NCBI GenBank assembly: GCA_026023565.1
Contig: JAPETS010000029.1
Coordinates: forward strand, 186,001-250,000
From: Cirrosporium novae-zelandiae
Taxonomy: Eukaryota
Reading direction: 5' to 3'
Length of the DNA stretch: 64,000 nt
Shown: piece by piece, positions 1-12,913 of the stretch
How positions within the stretch are numbered: position 1 is the stretch's first letter
Layout: every line of letters begins with the position of its first letter
Made by a program: the position numbers and the translations under genes
Notes under the pieces: model-generated
What the model saw: the letters and a program-made list of their open reading frames with translations, nothing else
Database searches by the model: none
Told to the model about the DNA's origin: nothing

Positions 1-865
1 GGAACATTTCTTGATCCACCTGTTTCATGGCATGGCAAATGCATTGTGTTTTATGGAATATGGCCAAAATCGAACCTTGCAACGTAAAACAGGGTGGGAA
101 CCTATAGTCCACACTGATCTCAAAGCGCCCAATATTTTTCTCGGGGCACCATCTCCTGAAACTGCCTTTTATCCAACAATAATGCTCGGGGATTTTGGGT
201 TGGCATATCAGATTCCCGCTCATGATCCTGAGAGGAAGCATGTCCTCAGGCTGAAAAAGACTTGGCATAGTGGAACGATGGGCTATGTGGCACCAGAACG
301 TATGCCTCCCGCGAAAGGCTTTCCAACCTCTGCTAGCGACGTCTGGGTAGTGGGCAGGATAATGCAGAATGTTGTCAACCAAGTTTTAATATTGTACGGC
401 CTCGAAGACCCGACTTTTTATGGAGACTGGGAAAAGGGCGACGCTATTGCCCACGAGCACTTCATCTACAATGATTCGCTTTGTGAATTGATCATGGCTT
501 GTACAAAAGATAATCCTGAAGATCGACCGAATGCCTTTAATTTGGTCAAGCGTCTGGAGAAGTTGATGACTCAAGTCAAAGCTGTAATGGAGTTGGCGGA
601 GCAGGCCACGAGAGCGAGGCATGGCAGGTTCCATGCACTTTGGGTGTTGTATGACAAGAGTGATCAGAAGATTTACAAGAAAAATGCCACATTTAGGCAT
701 GAGTATCAAAAGGCGAACCTGCAGATGTTCCAGGACAGTTTAGCGGACTATAACGAGGCTAAGGCCAAGGCCCAAGAAGGGAGCCAAGGAAAACGGAACC
801 AGAAACCAGGGAACCAAAAGCTAGGAAGTCAAAGGCCAGAGGGCCAGAAAAGCCAGAAACAATAG
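1..865 (+). CDS. Ser/Thr protein kinase domain protein, 5'-truncated by the window edge (non-RD, divergent fungal kinase)
   Basis: Kinase subdomains VIb-XI: HTDLKAPNIFL, DFGLA, GTMGYVAPE, SDVWVVG, C-lobe ACTKDNPEDRP. The N-lobe is absent and the frame is open to the window start. Ends in a Q/K/G low-complexity tail. Confidence 0.85.
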   Translation, partial: EHFLIHLFHGMANALCFMEYGQNRTLQRKTGWEPIVHTDLKAPNIFLGAPSPETAFYPTIMLGDFGLAYQIPAHDPERKHVLRLKKTWHSGTMGYVAPERMPPAKGFPTSASDVWVVGRIMQNVVNQVLILYGLEDPTFYGDWEKGDAIAHEHFIYNDSLCELIMACTKDNPEDRPNAFNLVKRLEKLMTQVKAVMELAEQATRARHGRFHALWVLYDKSDQKIYKKNATFRHEYQKANLQMFQDSLADYNEAKAKAQEGSQGKRNQKPGNQKLGSQRPEGQKSQKQ

Positions 866-3667
866 AACGAGCAACAGAAATCCGGTCAACCAAAACCTTA
901 GTGAAAGCCTACATCATCTTCATCACCGGTGGCTAGAGAGCAGGATCTTGTATAATTGAAAACTAGCGAACAGCGAAAGCACAGACACTATAACATTAGG
1001 CATACTAATGCTTCACCCGTGTGCTAAATCATAGTAATACAAGCGACATAGCTACTGTAACCACAGCAAGGAAGAGAAGGCTAGCGAAATATAATGTCAC
1101 AAAATTACAGAGTGAGCATCCTTTGGCTATGTTGTTTGATTCTTCCTCTTTATTCTAGAATCCAGTTGCTTTTTTAGAAAACAGGGACATTGTTTTCATG
1201 TTACGCTAATTAAACAATACAAGTACTCTTGATTACCTGGGTGCTTATAAATCGCCTATAGATTTGTCCATGTTTAAGTTGGTGATAGGATAGTGGTAAT
1301 TGCTTCGTGGACTTTGACACCATTGGTTGAAAACGCCAAGGCAGTCTTATATATACATAGGTCTCCAATCCAGTTCATTTTATCTATCCATCACAAGTTA
1401 ATTCCACTCGGAGTTTATTCACTTCCTCATTGATTTTTCATTTTGTGATTGATAAAGTAGTAGCTTGCATTCAAGCATAAAATCCTACATATGTTATGCA
1501 TTATGACCCGTTTATTCATTCTTAGAACCTCTCTTCTTCCATTTAAAAAAAACAGAGGGACTGCTCTTCTTCTTCTTCTTCTTTTTTCCCCCACCATCTT
1601 CTCCTCTTTGATATTTGTGCTATATACAACACATCCTCCCTCTCTCTATATATATTATCCCTCACTCTACGTATGTAGAGCCCTCCCAAACGAAAACATC
1701 TACAAAATCCATCCGTGTACTGAGACCACCACGCGCCCAAATAACAGAGAAGAGCACTTCAAGGTAGTAAGAGGTATTACGCCACCACTACTCCACCTTT
1801 CCCTATCTATCTATTCATCCACTCATCCATCTTTACTGGATTTGCAAATGCTTTTGTTACTGTATACCAGCCTAGAAATCTCTAGAAGCCAGTAAGAGTT
1901 CCCTCCCTTCACCTTCCTGCCCCTCGTTTCGACCCTTGAATCCCGAAGGCAAAGTTTTGACAAACTATGGTCATATCCAACACTAGTACTCGAGGATGGA
2001 AACCCAAGCATTGCTACTTCAATCCATCTTTCCGGCATTCTCTTTGCCATTAGATGGATGTTTCAACTGAGTCTTGTGGCCTAAAACCAACGACATATCT
2101 ATCCAGAAAATATTCATGTTTTATCTTCATTTCTTCTCTACTTGTTTGATCTAGAGTCCCTTTAGATCGTTATCACTGCCACCATTACCAGCAGCACAAC
2201 AACAAAAACAACATCTTCCACACTCTCTGTCCTACCACCACGTAATATCCCTTAACCCCTCTTGCTCTATATACCCTCTCCCATGCTCAAAACTATAATC
2301 TCTCCTCTCCTCTTCCAACCCGATCCGAAAACCCTCTACTACGGAGCGGAATTCTCTAACCAAGTGTCCAAGAAAGAAAGAGCTTAGAAAAACTTGTCAA
2401 TGTCTTTTGCGTGCTGTAGTTTCTCTGAGACTTCTTTAGAATATCATACCCATACCCTTCTCTCCTCTTAGCCCCCACTTGTCTTCTATTATTATTCATG
2501 AGTAAACCCCTCTACGAAGTGGGTGAGTTGAGGAGCAGGAGAAACAAGGTAAACATGTCTCCTCAACTAAGTTAAGTGAATGAGACCTCAAAGGTTTTCC
2601 AGAAAAACAGACCGACGTGCTTCCTCCCCACCCCCTCCTTTCTCTCTTCCTCTCTACACATACTTAGATCGGGGTCATCTTTATTATTATCATTTTACTA
2701 GAAAGAAAAATTACCCCTAAACCTCTGACAGTGGATGCGGCACAGAGCAGAACAGAGCAGAACAAGAGCAAGAGTAGAAGGCTTAATACGAATATGAATG
2801 GGACTCTACAATCAAGACAAGCAAGCAAGAACTAGAAGACCCCTTCCTCTCTCTCTACTCTTTTTGATTTTTTCTCCCCATTTTTCATTTTTGTGATACC
2901 CTAGATTCCAAATTTCCAATACTATCCATCTATTCATCTGTGAAGAAAGAAGTATTATGGAATATCGCCAATTGTATTCAATTACATTGCTATTGTTATT
3001 CTATTCTAATTGTGGGAATATGCCAATGCATCTTCCTCCCATAGAGATTATGGGTAAGGCATTCTAGTGTGTGTGTGTGTGTTGTGCGTGTATAGAGAGT
3101 TTGGACAATAGGACATTCGCACATACATTGATGTAGCGTTCTGAGTTGGGGGATTAAATCAATCAATCATTAATAGACAATAGAAGGAAAAAGATTTCCT
3201 TATTGAAGAACTCTCCGAACGTGTACAGTCAACCTACTTACCTTATTCATATTCAAAAGATCACTTATTGTATAATTTTCATCATCAATTATCAATAGGT
3301 GAATAAAGACAATAGCCACATACCCTATTCACATCCCCCCAAAAAATCTCATTCTATATGATACTCACAATTGACCAGACAATGACAATAGCCACCACCG
3401 CTATTGTCTATATACTTATTTACCTATTTACTCCTACTACTACCCTATTGTCCCTATTGTCCCTATACTACTCCCTCCCCACCAACAGACGTCTATATAA
3501 CCATCACCCAACTTCCTTCTTTCTTTCCTTTCTCCTTCACTTTCACTCCATTAATCGCATCCTAAACTCCAAACCTCTGCTCAGTTTTTTTTTAAATTAA
3601 ACATCTCAAACACTCCATCTTTACTTATCTCGCTGGTTCGAGATAACCCAAAACTTTCCGCAACCAA

Positions 3668-4258
3668 ATGACACCTTCAATCCACCTATTCGCACCAGCG
3701 AATCCTTCCCCCCTAACTGCACCACCTCTGAGCGCTGGCGCTCCAGAGGACGAGACAACCACCACCACCGCAACAGCACCTACCACCTCGACCAACTTCA
3801 CAAGCATAGTTCACTCTGCAAACGCGATCGCCATCCGCGCAGAGCGAGCACGCCTCTCTGAGCGATCTAAGCTCTACGAGGTGACAGCCACGGGCCGCAT
3901 CAAACCCATCCAGGGGGAGACCCGGAACCAGCTGAACCAGAAGTTGGCTCGACGGCTGAAGCGGGCAGCAGGGGCGGCGCAAAGCGCCAAGAAGGAGGCG
4001 GCCGTGACGACCCGCCTGAAGGGGCTTTTGACCGCCTCTCGGAAACGGGAGGAGGTTTTTAAGCGCAAGGTCAGGGAGCAGGAAGCGGAGATTGAGAGGC
4101 TGAAGAGGGAGGTGGGGGAGGCGAGGGGGGAGGTCGAGAGGGGGTTGAGGGAGAAGGAGGAGAGGGGGGAGGTTGTTAGTTGGGCGGGGAGACCGGTTAG
4201 GAAGTGTCGGGTGGGCAAGGGGAAGGGGTTTTATAGGCGCATTGCGCTGGGGAAGTGA
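3668..4258 (+). CDS. Hypothetical basic coiled-coil protein (196 aa)
   Basis: Single GC-rich ATG-initiated ORF inside AT-rich flanks, with a CT-rich leader. P/T-rich N-terminus and an R/E/K heptad-like C-terminal half. No family recognised. Confidence 0.55.
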   Translation: MTPSIHLFAPANPSPLTAPPLSAGAPEDETTTTTATAPTTSTNFTSIVHSANAIAIRAERARLSERSKLYEVTATGRIKPIQGETRNQLNQKLARRLKRAAGAAQSAKKEAAVTTRLKGLLTASRKREEVFKRKVREQEAEIERLKREVGEARGEVERGLREKEERGEVVSWAGRPVRKCRVGKGKGFYRRIALGK

Positions 4259-5899
4259 TGGGGTTTCTTTTCTTTCTTTCTTTTCTTTCCTTTACTCGGC
4301 TGGTTCTGGGTCTCATTGCTCTCTGTCTCTTCGGCTGGTCCCGAGGGGGTATGGGGTCGGTTGTGTGCTGTAGTTGTTAGACTTTCCATCTCTTACTATA
4401 ACCTATAATCTATAATCTACAATCAATTAATTAATAGGTATGTCGTAACCCTTTCCTTTCCCACCTTACCTTACCTCACCTATATTCCAAAGTAAAAGAC
4501 CCTCATTCCTCATTGCCTCATTGCTCTTTAGGATCGATCTAGAACGACGTCTTTTTGTTTGTCTGTACTTCAGAATCAAGCAGACGTACCATCACCATCA
4601 CCACCATCCTCATAATATCCAAGGAAGGAAGAACATATCGAAAACTGGAAAAATTAGAAAAACAAGATTCACGAAGCAAATTAGAATAAATTGGATAGGA
4701 TTAGGATAGGAGGAAATAGGAATGGATATCCCGAACTAGAGAATCTAGAGAATCAAGAGCATCAATTAATAAGTTAACCAGGCATATCACATCCTCCTCC
4801 TCCTTCCTCCACACCCCCCCTCTTCACGCTCCAATACCTAACTACCCAGCCAAACTCAACACTTTAACCCCCCCCCCCCCCCCCCAGCTAAGAGGAAAAA
4901 CCACCTAGGTAATTAGGGGCACAGTACAGTACAAGTATCCCAAACACCCTAGGCGTCCAAAATAACACAAAATCCATCCATCCATCCACCCATCCATGAT
5001 AATACCCTCAAACAAAAAAAAACGAAGAAGATTTTAGCAGAACCAAACAAACCAACATTTTAGTCAAGTCAAAATTGGAAGTTTGCATTTGTAATGTTGG
5101 AGTGGTTGGAGTGGTTGGAGTGGTTGGGGGTGGGTATGAGGGTATGAGGATATAAGGATGTGAGGATGTGGATTAGGGGGGTTGGTGGTGAATGGGTCTA
5201 ACTCTATTAGGGTGTTTGCATTGTTTGCAGCGGAGGCATCTCTACTATGGTAAAGGGACATGGAATTAAAACTTAACTAACCTCGCTGTAATTTATAGAA
5301 AATGAGACCAACTTAGTCTAGCTAAAATATCCGAATGAGTCTGATTTGATTTGATGTCAAGGTACCTGGCTAGCTCGCTATTAACCTACATATCTAGATA
5401 CTTGATTCAAAAGCCCTATGAGTTACAGATAATCGAACTCATACAAACATATACATACACACACAGTCAAAATCCCATTCAAGCTCAATCAAGAGCGGCA
5501 TAATTCGTTTCATTCGAGGCATAGCTATATGTAAATTTCCAAAAAAAAAAGAGGGAATCTTAACTATCTACAATCAACAAGGCCTAGGTTCAGGTCCGGC
5601 AGAGAAAAAACAACACACATACACGCACAAGACAAGACGAGACAAGACACACGCCTAGCATGCTAGACAGCTAGCTAGCTAAAGAACATCATTAATCAGT
5701 AGCTGTCCTACTAGTAGTAGTCCATCTTTTTTGGCAAATTAACCTTGCCTGACAGACCCAACGGCGCCATATTCCATGCTCCCTGACCTTGCCTCGATGC
5801 CGTCACCGCTCCTTTCATTCATCCATCCATTCATCCATCCAGAGTATACCTTTCCTTAATTTCGCACAGCTCATAAGCCGTTAATGCAATAAATACTTA

Positions 5900-8800
5900 C
5901 TAATCGTTATAAAACTTCTTCATGATAAGATGCAAGAATAAGTTAACGTTAACACGAAGCTCCCCCTTGAAGAAATCCATAAACTGCGTATTGTTGAATT
6001 GCGCTTGCAGAAGATCGTCCAGCGGAATCTGCGCGCTTGCACCAGGAATTTGGATGTTACCATTGCTGCCTTCAACAGCAAAAACACCAACTTCATTGCT
6101 TGATATGGTCAGATCGACCTTGTCCCATTGCCTTTCGGTATATCCCATCCAGTGGACCAGAACACCCTTGTCGGCAAGAGTACGAGCAGAGTACTTAAAT
6201 GAACCGAATTTGACCACCCTTCCAGATCGTTGAAGCTCTCGCTGGTGATCCCATTGCTTGGTGAAAGGCATAAGGAACCGTTTCTTTCCCTTCTTGTTCT
6301 GAAGAGTGACCATTGCTTGTTCGATATAGTCGTTGTATGTCTGGAGTTGTTGATCCAGATACACGGCTTGGTCATCTAGTCGAGCTAATGTAAGCCTAAC
6401 ACCCTCAAGTTCTCGCTGCCTTTGAATGCGGCGTCGATGTTTGGTTCGGATATCTATTGCAATAGCATTCAAAAGATCCTGATACTGGTTCTTTCGTGTT
6501 AATCGGCCAAATTGTTCCAGTTGAAGTATGTTTTCTAGGGCAGTCTGTTTCAGTTCGGCATAGGACATAGATGCAATATCCATGATGGTATTTTCTTCTG
6601 AATAGGCACCCCTTTTGCGACTGCCGGTTGATAATTCATCACGAACCAAGCCTTCCCAGCGTTCTTCGTCTTCTAGAAGAATGGGCTTAACCATGATATC
6701 CATTAGATTGGTTCCTTGTTGTACACGAATGATGTACAAAACACAGCGCTTGGTCTCCATGAACAGAGCATTGACTTCAGCGTCCGGATCTGTTCAAGTT
6801 AGCTAAAGTTATCATCACTTGGATCTGATCTATCCTACCCTCGACATCGTGATACTTTGGACTTAGAGTCAGGCCTATTTCCGAGGACCCCACGGTCATC
6901 ATCTCTGTCTCATTGGTTTTCGCACTCCCAAGTTCTCGCATCACTTCTCGGAGAACATCGTCCTGGTTCGGGGATATAGCAGCCAATTCGGCAATGACAA
7001 GCTGGTGAATAGAAAATATGTCGCCCATCTTGATATATAAGGTTGGCTTTGTTTTGGCGTAGAGATCGTTGAACTCATCAATATCAAAGTAAGTTTCCGC
7101 TTCTTGAACCGAGATGACTAGACCGAGTTAGTAAACTCACTTTCTAAATCTATGTCGGGAATATTCTATACTTACGGTGGCCCCATATTTCTCCGAGACG
7201 TGCAATAGATTCACTAACGTAGCTGTTTAGTGGCTGTAGGAAGACATTCTGAGGACCAAATAGCTTTCCGCCCGCTATTTGGGAGAGAAGTTTGATGACC
7301 TCCATCAAGTTCCTCTTGTGTTCTTGTGACAATCCTCTATCGACTACACCATGTTTCTCGGGTTCGCAAAGAGCAGGTGCAAGGTAGTATCTCCAGACCC
7401 ATTGTCCAACAACTTGTAGCAGGTAACCTTGATCTTCATTTTGGAACCGGGTACAAAGCTCTCTGAAAGTTTGCTGAGCGATATATCTTACTCCAAATGG
7501 CATTCTCATCAGCAGATCTTCTAGCGATGCATAAAATTGATCTGCAATATCACGCAAGTCTCTAAGATTGTTGACGAAAATATCTCTGGTCTCTGGGTCC
7601 TTGATTGCTTCTTCCCTAGTAACATCGAGTGGTCTTCGACTGCGCTGTCCGGTTCGTAGTTCCTCGTTGCTAATGGCACCTTGGTAAATCTGTAGAGGAT
7701 CACTCTCAAGGTTTAGGTGAGGGTTTTCTATGATGTTTCCTCTAATCAATGGGCCAAGGAAATCTCGCATGTATTTGCGATCCCTAGGAGATTTTGTATA
7801 AGCCCCAAAGAGCTTTATCCAGAAGAAGTTACCACGCAAGTAATCTTGCATGGATTGGCATTGGCTAACTTCCTCGTGTATCGACCGCGAGAGCAGTTTC
7901 AGAAGGTAGTATTCTTCACGTCTCTTCTGAGCATACCCAAACGTTCCCATCATGAGATGCTTGATCCTTTCACACTCCTTCTCAGCCGTCGTCTGCTCCC
8001 TGATCCTCCTGAAGAAACGTGCGAGATACTGAGGCTGAGTTTGGAGGAGGAAGAAAAGCTCCTGATAATGTTCAAGCTTCCTCCGGGAGGTCTTATTCAA
8101 AGCTTTAAGATCAAAGGGATCCTTGGAAGATATTTCGCTATTGGTCAGAAGATTGCTCACATGACCACCAAAGTGTTTTTGATGCTTGATAACTTCATCC
8201 AGTGTAATCTTATTCTTTACAAGGAGGGCAATCTTGATGTCAAGCTGCTGGATATACTGATCTGCCAGCTCGTTTTGTCGGACATGTTGAACAACAGTTT
8301 TTCGCAGTCTCTCGAATTCAATTTCCTCGTCAAAGTCGAAATCGCTATCATTCAGAAGATGGACAAAGTTTTTGATGGTACTAACTGGTGGGTTTTTGCC
8401 GCTGGTCAAGCTCTTATATGCCTCGCCTTGCTGTCTTCCTCTTACAAAGCTTTGCAATTTAACAACTTTCTGCATGTTCTCCTCGTAGTATCTTTGCTTC
8501 TCTGCGAATTGTGCTCTTAGAATGCAACCTCTTGCTAAAGCCTGTAGCTCGACTATGACCGGTTCTTCGTTTTCAAGGTGAGCAAGCACATCCCCAACAT
8601 CAATTCGAACAAGCATAGCACGACTAAGAGCTTGCAATAATGTGATTTCCTCCTCATGTAACCCTAACTCGAAGAGAAATTCCTGTTGTTTTGCTCTTGC
8701 TAGGCGTGCGCGCGCACGAGCCTGGAGTTGAATAATCGAACTGGTATGCGAGACAAGAGCTTCGAGATCGCTTCGCCATACTTGGCGAAGAAGGAACCCA

Positions 8801-11178
8801 CGAACAAATGATTGAAAGCTAGAAAGAGACTCTTCATGGCTTGCCAATTGCTCCCTCAAGTCTTGCAAATCTTTGCGAACCATTGAACCCCTCTGCGCGG
8901 CTTGAATCTGGGCGATTATCGAGGATTCACTTTTGAGCTTCATGTATCTATCCGCAACAACCTTTCGGAGCAGGAATGATTTCGAGGCAGCTTGCAAAGC
9001 GGTCCAGAGCATATCAAATCCCTCAAGCTTGGCCTTTGTGTCTGCAATATGTTTCCTTTCCATCATAGCCCTTATAACAGCTTGCAGTATCGTGGTCTTC
9101 TGCTGTTCCAGTGAAAGTAAATCGATTTGTCGTTGAATATTTTGTCGTTCAAGCATTCCCCTCACTGCTGCTTGGAGTTCGTCAAGGCCGGCTTCCGCCT
9201 CTTTTGTTTCTTCGTACTGATCGTCAAACTTCTTCCTTTGCAATGCGCCTCGGATGGCGGCTTGGAAGTTTCTTATCCCTTCCTCCTGCTTCCTCATTAC
9301 AGTTTGGATGTATTGCGTTTCTTGCCGTTGCAATGCTCCTCGGATGGCGGCTTGGAGCTGCCTTATTCCTTCTTCTTGATCCCTTGCGATACTTTGAGTG
9401 TTTTGTGTTTCTTGTCGTTTCAATGCTCCTCGGATGGCAGCTTGAAACCGTCTTATCCCCTCTTCCTGCTTCCTTACTCGAGTTTTGATATGTTGCGTTT
9501 CTTGCCTTGCCTTTCCTGCCCTGAATAGACTCTGCAACATTAGAACCTTATCTTCTTGACCTTTCCATCCCTCTTCCCGTCGCTGATTCCTAGACCTGGT
9601 TAAGAAGCCTCTCGCTGCACTTTGGAGATTCACAGAAAATCGTTTCATGTTAAGTCGATAGTCGGAGATCTGCCGTGCCCAATCACCACGTATTCTTGAT
9701 TGCAAGTCGATGAGCATTTCCTCGGCGTCCCAGAGGCCTTGCATAGTACTACCTAGTCGCAGTCGGACCATAGCACCCCTAACCTGAGCCTGTAAATCAA
9801 GAACCATTGCTTCCTGTTCACCTAATTCCCGTGCAGTGCGCTCTTCCTCTGTCTCTACTGGTTCGGGTTCGGGCTCAGGCTCTGCACCGAAGTTGGCACC
9901 TACGCCCGCGAAACTAGGCATGCTTATTCCAGCCTTATCAAGACCTTTTTGCATCTCTTCAAGCTCATGGTGTTCAAACTGCAGTTGACCAACAAGGTTT
10001 CCAATCCGGAAATCCACGATACCCTTTCGAAACAAAAGCCATGATAAAGCATGGATACAGTAGATAACTTTCGGTATATTTTTCTTTTCATACAGATCAA
10101 TCAGTTCAAACCGGAAGAGCTCGGGTAACTCAACTTCAGCTAGGTACCTGAAGAAAATTGCAATATTATCGGAGTGCCTGAACTGAAGTCTTGGATGTCG
10201 GAAGATGCGCATAGGCCGATCGGGGTTCAGTGCCTGGACTATTTCTGCCAACGTGACTCCATCTCTAAGCGCCTCCTCAAGCTGAATAATAGCCGGTATG
10301 GGTTTGTCAATGATATCTTCAATCCATTCTTTTGCCTCACCAATATGACAGAGATACTCGTATGCCTGTAGGAACTGTCTTTGCTTGTCCATCCAATTAC
10401 TTCCATTCCATGTATATCGATTTCTATTAGCCAATGGCCCGCCTTTGCCTGGTTTGATCGTGTCGGTGCGTTTTAACTGTCGCCGGCCTTGTAGACCCAC
10501 GACAGAGGCGATAGGCGAAGTAATGGAGAATTCCTCATCCTGTCCACTTTGCGCCAGCTTTGACAGATTTCTGAGATGAGATGTAGAAGACTTCTTCAAG
10601 TCCTGTAGCTCAGGCTCTGTTAAGGTGGGAGGAAGGCTTGGGTGTGCATGATGCATATGGCGGTGAGGAGATGAGAGCCCTGGATTTATTGAATCAGTTC
10701 TAGAAAGAGGGCTCTGCATGATATCTTTGGTGGAAGGAAGGTAAGGTGAGCCGTCACTCTGATACGCAGAGATGCTATCAACACTCTGACCGCGTACGTG
10801 ATGAGGTGAATAAGGTCTAGATGGGGGAGTTTTGGATGTTGGTGTCGATGGTGAAGCATTTGGTGGCTGGGATAGTGGCCTTAACGACTGGCGTATACTT
10901 TTGTATGCTGAAGAGGGGCTGGTTTCGGTGTTTTGATTGTATCCATCTCGCGAAACTCTTTCAGCAAGCTCACTCATCGCCCGCTTATGTCCAGCTTTAG
11001 GGCGGGCATACCCGCTGGAAGCCACGGATGATATAGTGCTAGTGCGGCTTGGTCCAAACTGGTTCGAATAGTTTGTGTAGGCAGAGGACGCTGTAGAGGC
11101 AATGGAGGGATTTCGCAACGGACTCGAGTTCGGCCAGTCTGCCGTTTGCGCTCGTTGAATTGGAGGAGGGTGCGACAT
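5900..11178 (-). CDS. IQGAP-related cytokinesis scaffold (Iqg1/Rng2/SepG family)
   Basis: CH domain (AYEYLCHIGEAKEWIE...LRDGVTLA...FRHSDNI), many IQ motifs, GAP-related domain and RasGAP_C. Exons 11178-7176, 7117-6839 and 6789-5900; introns 7118-7175 and 6790-6838 are GT..AG with CTAAC branch sites. Confidence 0.95.
9241..9510 (-). repeat. Three tandem 90-bp (30-aa) IQ-motif units inside IQGAP
   Basis: caatgcNcctcggatggc recurs at 9241, 9331 and 9421. The protein reads (K/D)QEEGIRx(F/L)QAAIRGAL three times. Confidence 0.9.
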
Positions 11179-12913
11179 TTCCTCAAAACTCTGACGTCTT
11201 GCGCAAAAGATACTCTATTCAAAACCGAGGATAATTAAGAAGTGTTCACTCTTCGTCACTGGGTCTGGTGTTCCATCCGAGATGCGCCTGCCTGGACGGG
11301 CTTTTGGAGTGTGTTGCTGATGGAAGACGAGGAAGCAGCGATGAAAATTGAATCATCGACTATCGATTGACATGCTAGATGCTTGAACAAAGCTTTGTGA
11401 TACCAAGCTACACACAGGTTGATGGCCTCAGCCGCGGTCGCTTTATGGGTCTTGAGGATAACTGAGTGTTGGGGGTGGGGTTTTGATCAAGAGTAGAGAA
11501 AAAGCAGATCAAAAACGAGATACACAACAAACCTCCAAAAGCGGTTAGCTTCAAAACAAGTGATTTTAGGTTTTGTGTCGCCTCGGACCAACTTTCCTTC
11601 CCAGATGGACAGAGATAACGAACTCCCCGCGTCCTGTCGTTGATCTCAGGGAGAAAATCATAAATCTTTCCTTAAATCCTCCTCGATCCTAAATGCCGAA
11701 ATTTATACTTATATTAATTAGGTACTTTCTTATTTTTTTGTCCTTGCAGAATCCCCTGACGTGTCAATCAATTATCTACTTTTCACCCCTGCAGGCTAAA
11801 CTTTTTTGGCGGTGAAGCCATGTTGTTTAGCCCACTTACACCTATCTCATGAGCAATCATAGCTTGGAATATTTTGTCAGCCGACTTGATCTTTGGATGT
11901 CTTTGGACGTCTTTGGCTGTCATCATGTTTACTCGAGTATGTTACGATCGCTAAAAGAGAATATACGGTTTATCTTTAATTCTATTGTCATTATTCTTTT
12001 CTCACAATATGTCAAACATCCGCCTTGCAGAGCTACTGTACAGTACAGTACAGTACAGTACATTGTAATACCATGTCTATTTCGTTCTCATCCTTCATTA
12101 TTACTGTCCACACATTAATCAGTCGAGGTAACATCCAATAAATGAGACCACTCGAAGTAGTAAAATAATGTACGCCCTCATAAAGCACCATGGATTCAAG
12201 GTCATTCATAATAAATATAGTAAGTAATACTACAAGTAGGCTATCGGTATTGAGGCATCCAAGGCGACATAATAGGCTGTTGGCCCCTCCCAGTCACATG
12301 ACCCACACCAAATAAATATTGGCATCCAGGAACCAAGGAGAATAATTAGCCCATTCCCTCCTCCAAATTCCAACGTCTAGGCGAACTAATGATAAGTATA
12401 CTTGTAGAATAATACTAGCATTAGACTTTGGAATTGAACCTCACCGGCCAAACTTGACGATTAAGTCGAAAGCAGTAGTCTATCAAATATCTATCATTTT
12501 TAGATCCTTCATCCGATAGCTAGGTCGGTACCTAGTAGTGACATGTATTAATGTACCAGACCTAATGTAAACTAAGCTTCCGTAGGTACAGGTTTGACGT
12601 ATAAGCCGTATATTAGCATAGAGTCTAAATTGTATTGAATGAAATTTTTATTTCAAAAGTTCTGCAGGTCTGAGCTCAGTCGAGAGCTAACAGCCGATGA
12701 GGCCAATATACGAAAACGGACTAGTCTATCGCACCACCTTCATTGATCAAAAGAGAAAAAAAACTTCTTCGTCTTTTCCTTTTTTTTTCCCTTTTCTTTC
12801 TTGGGAGAAGGACCCTTCGACCCGTCAACATATCTGCCTTTTCCTGAAGATTGCTGACTTCCCTCCCAATTACTTGCATCTCTCAGTCTTTTGAAGGGAT
12901 CGAAATCGCAGAA

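Noticed and set aside
7717..8520. 267-aa antisense ORF within IQGAP (and similar antisense ORFs over IMPDH, the histidine kinase and AlaRS)
   Set aside because: Shadow ORFs opposite well-supported genes, mostly with non-ATG starts and no motifs.
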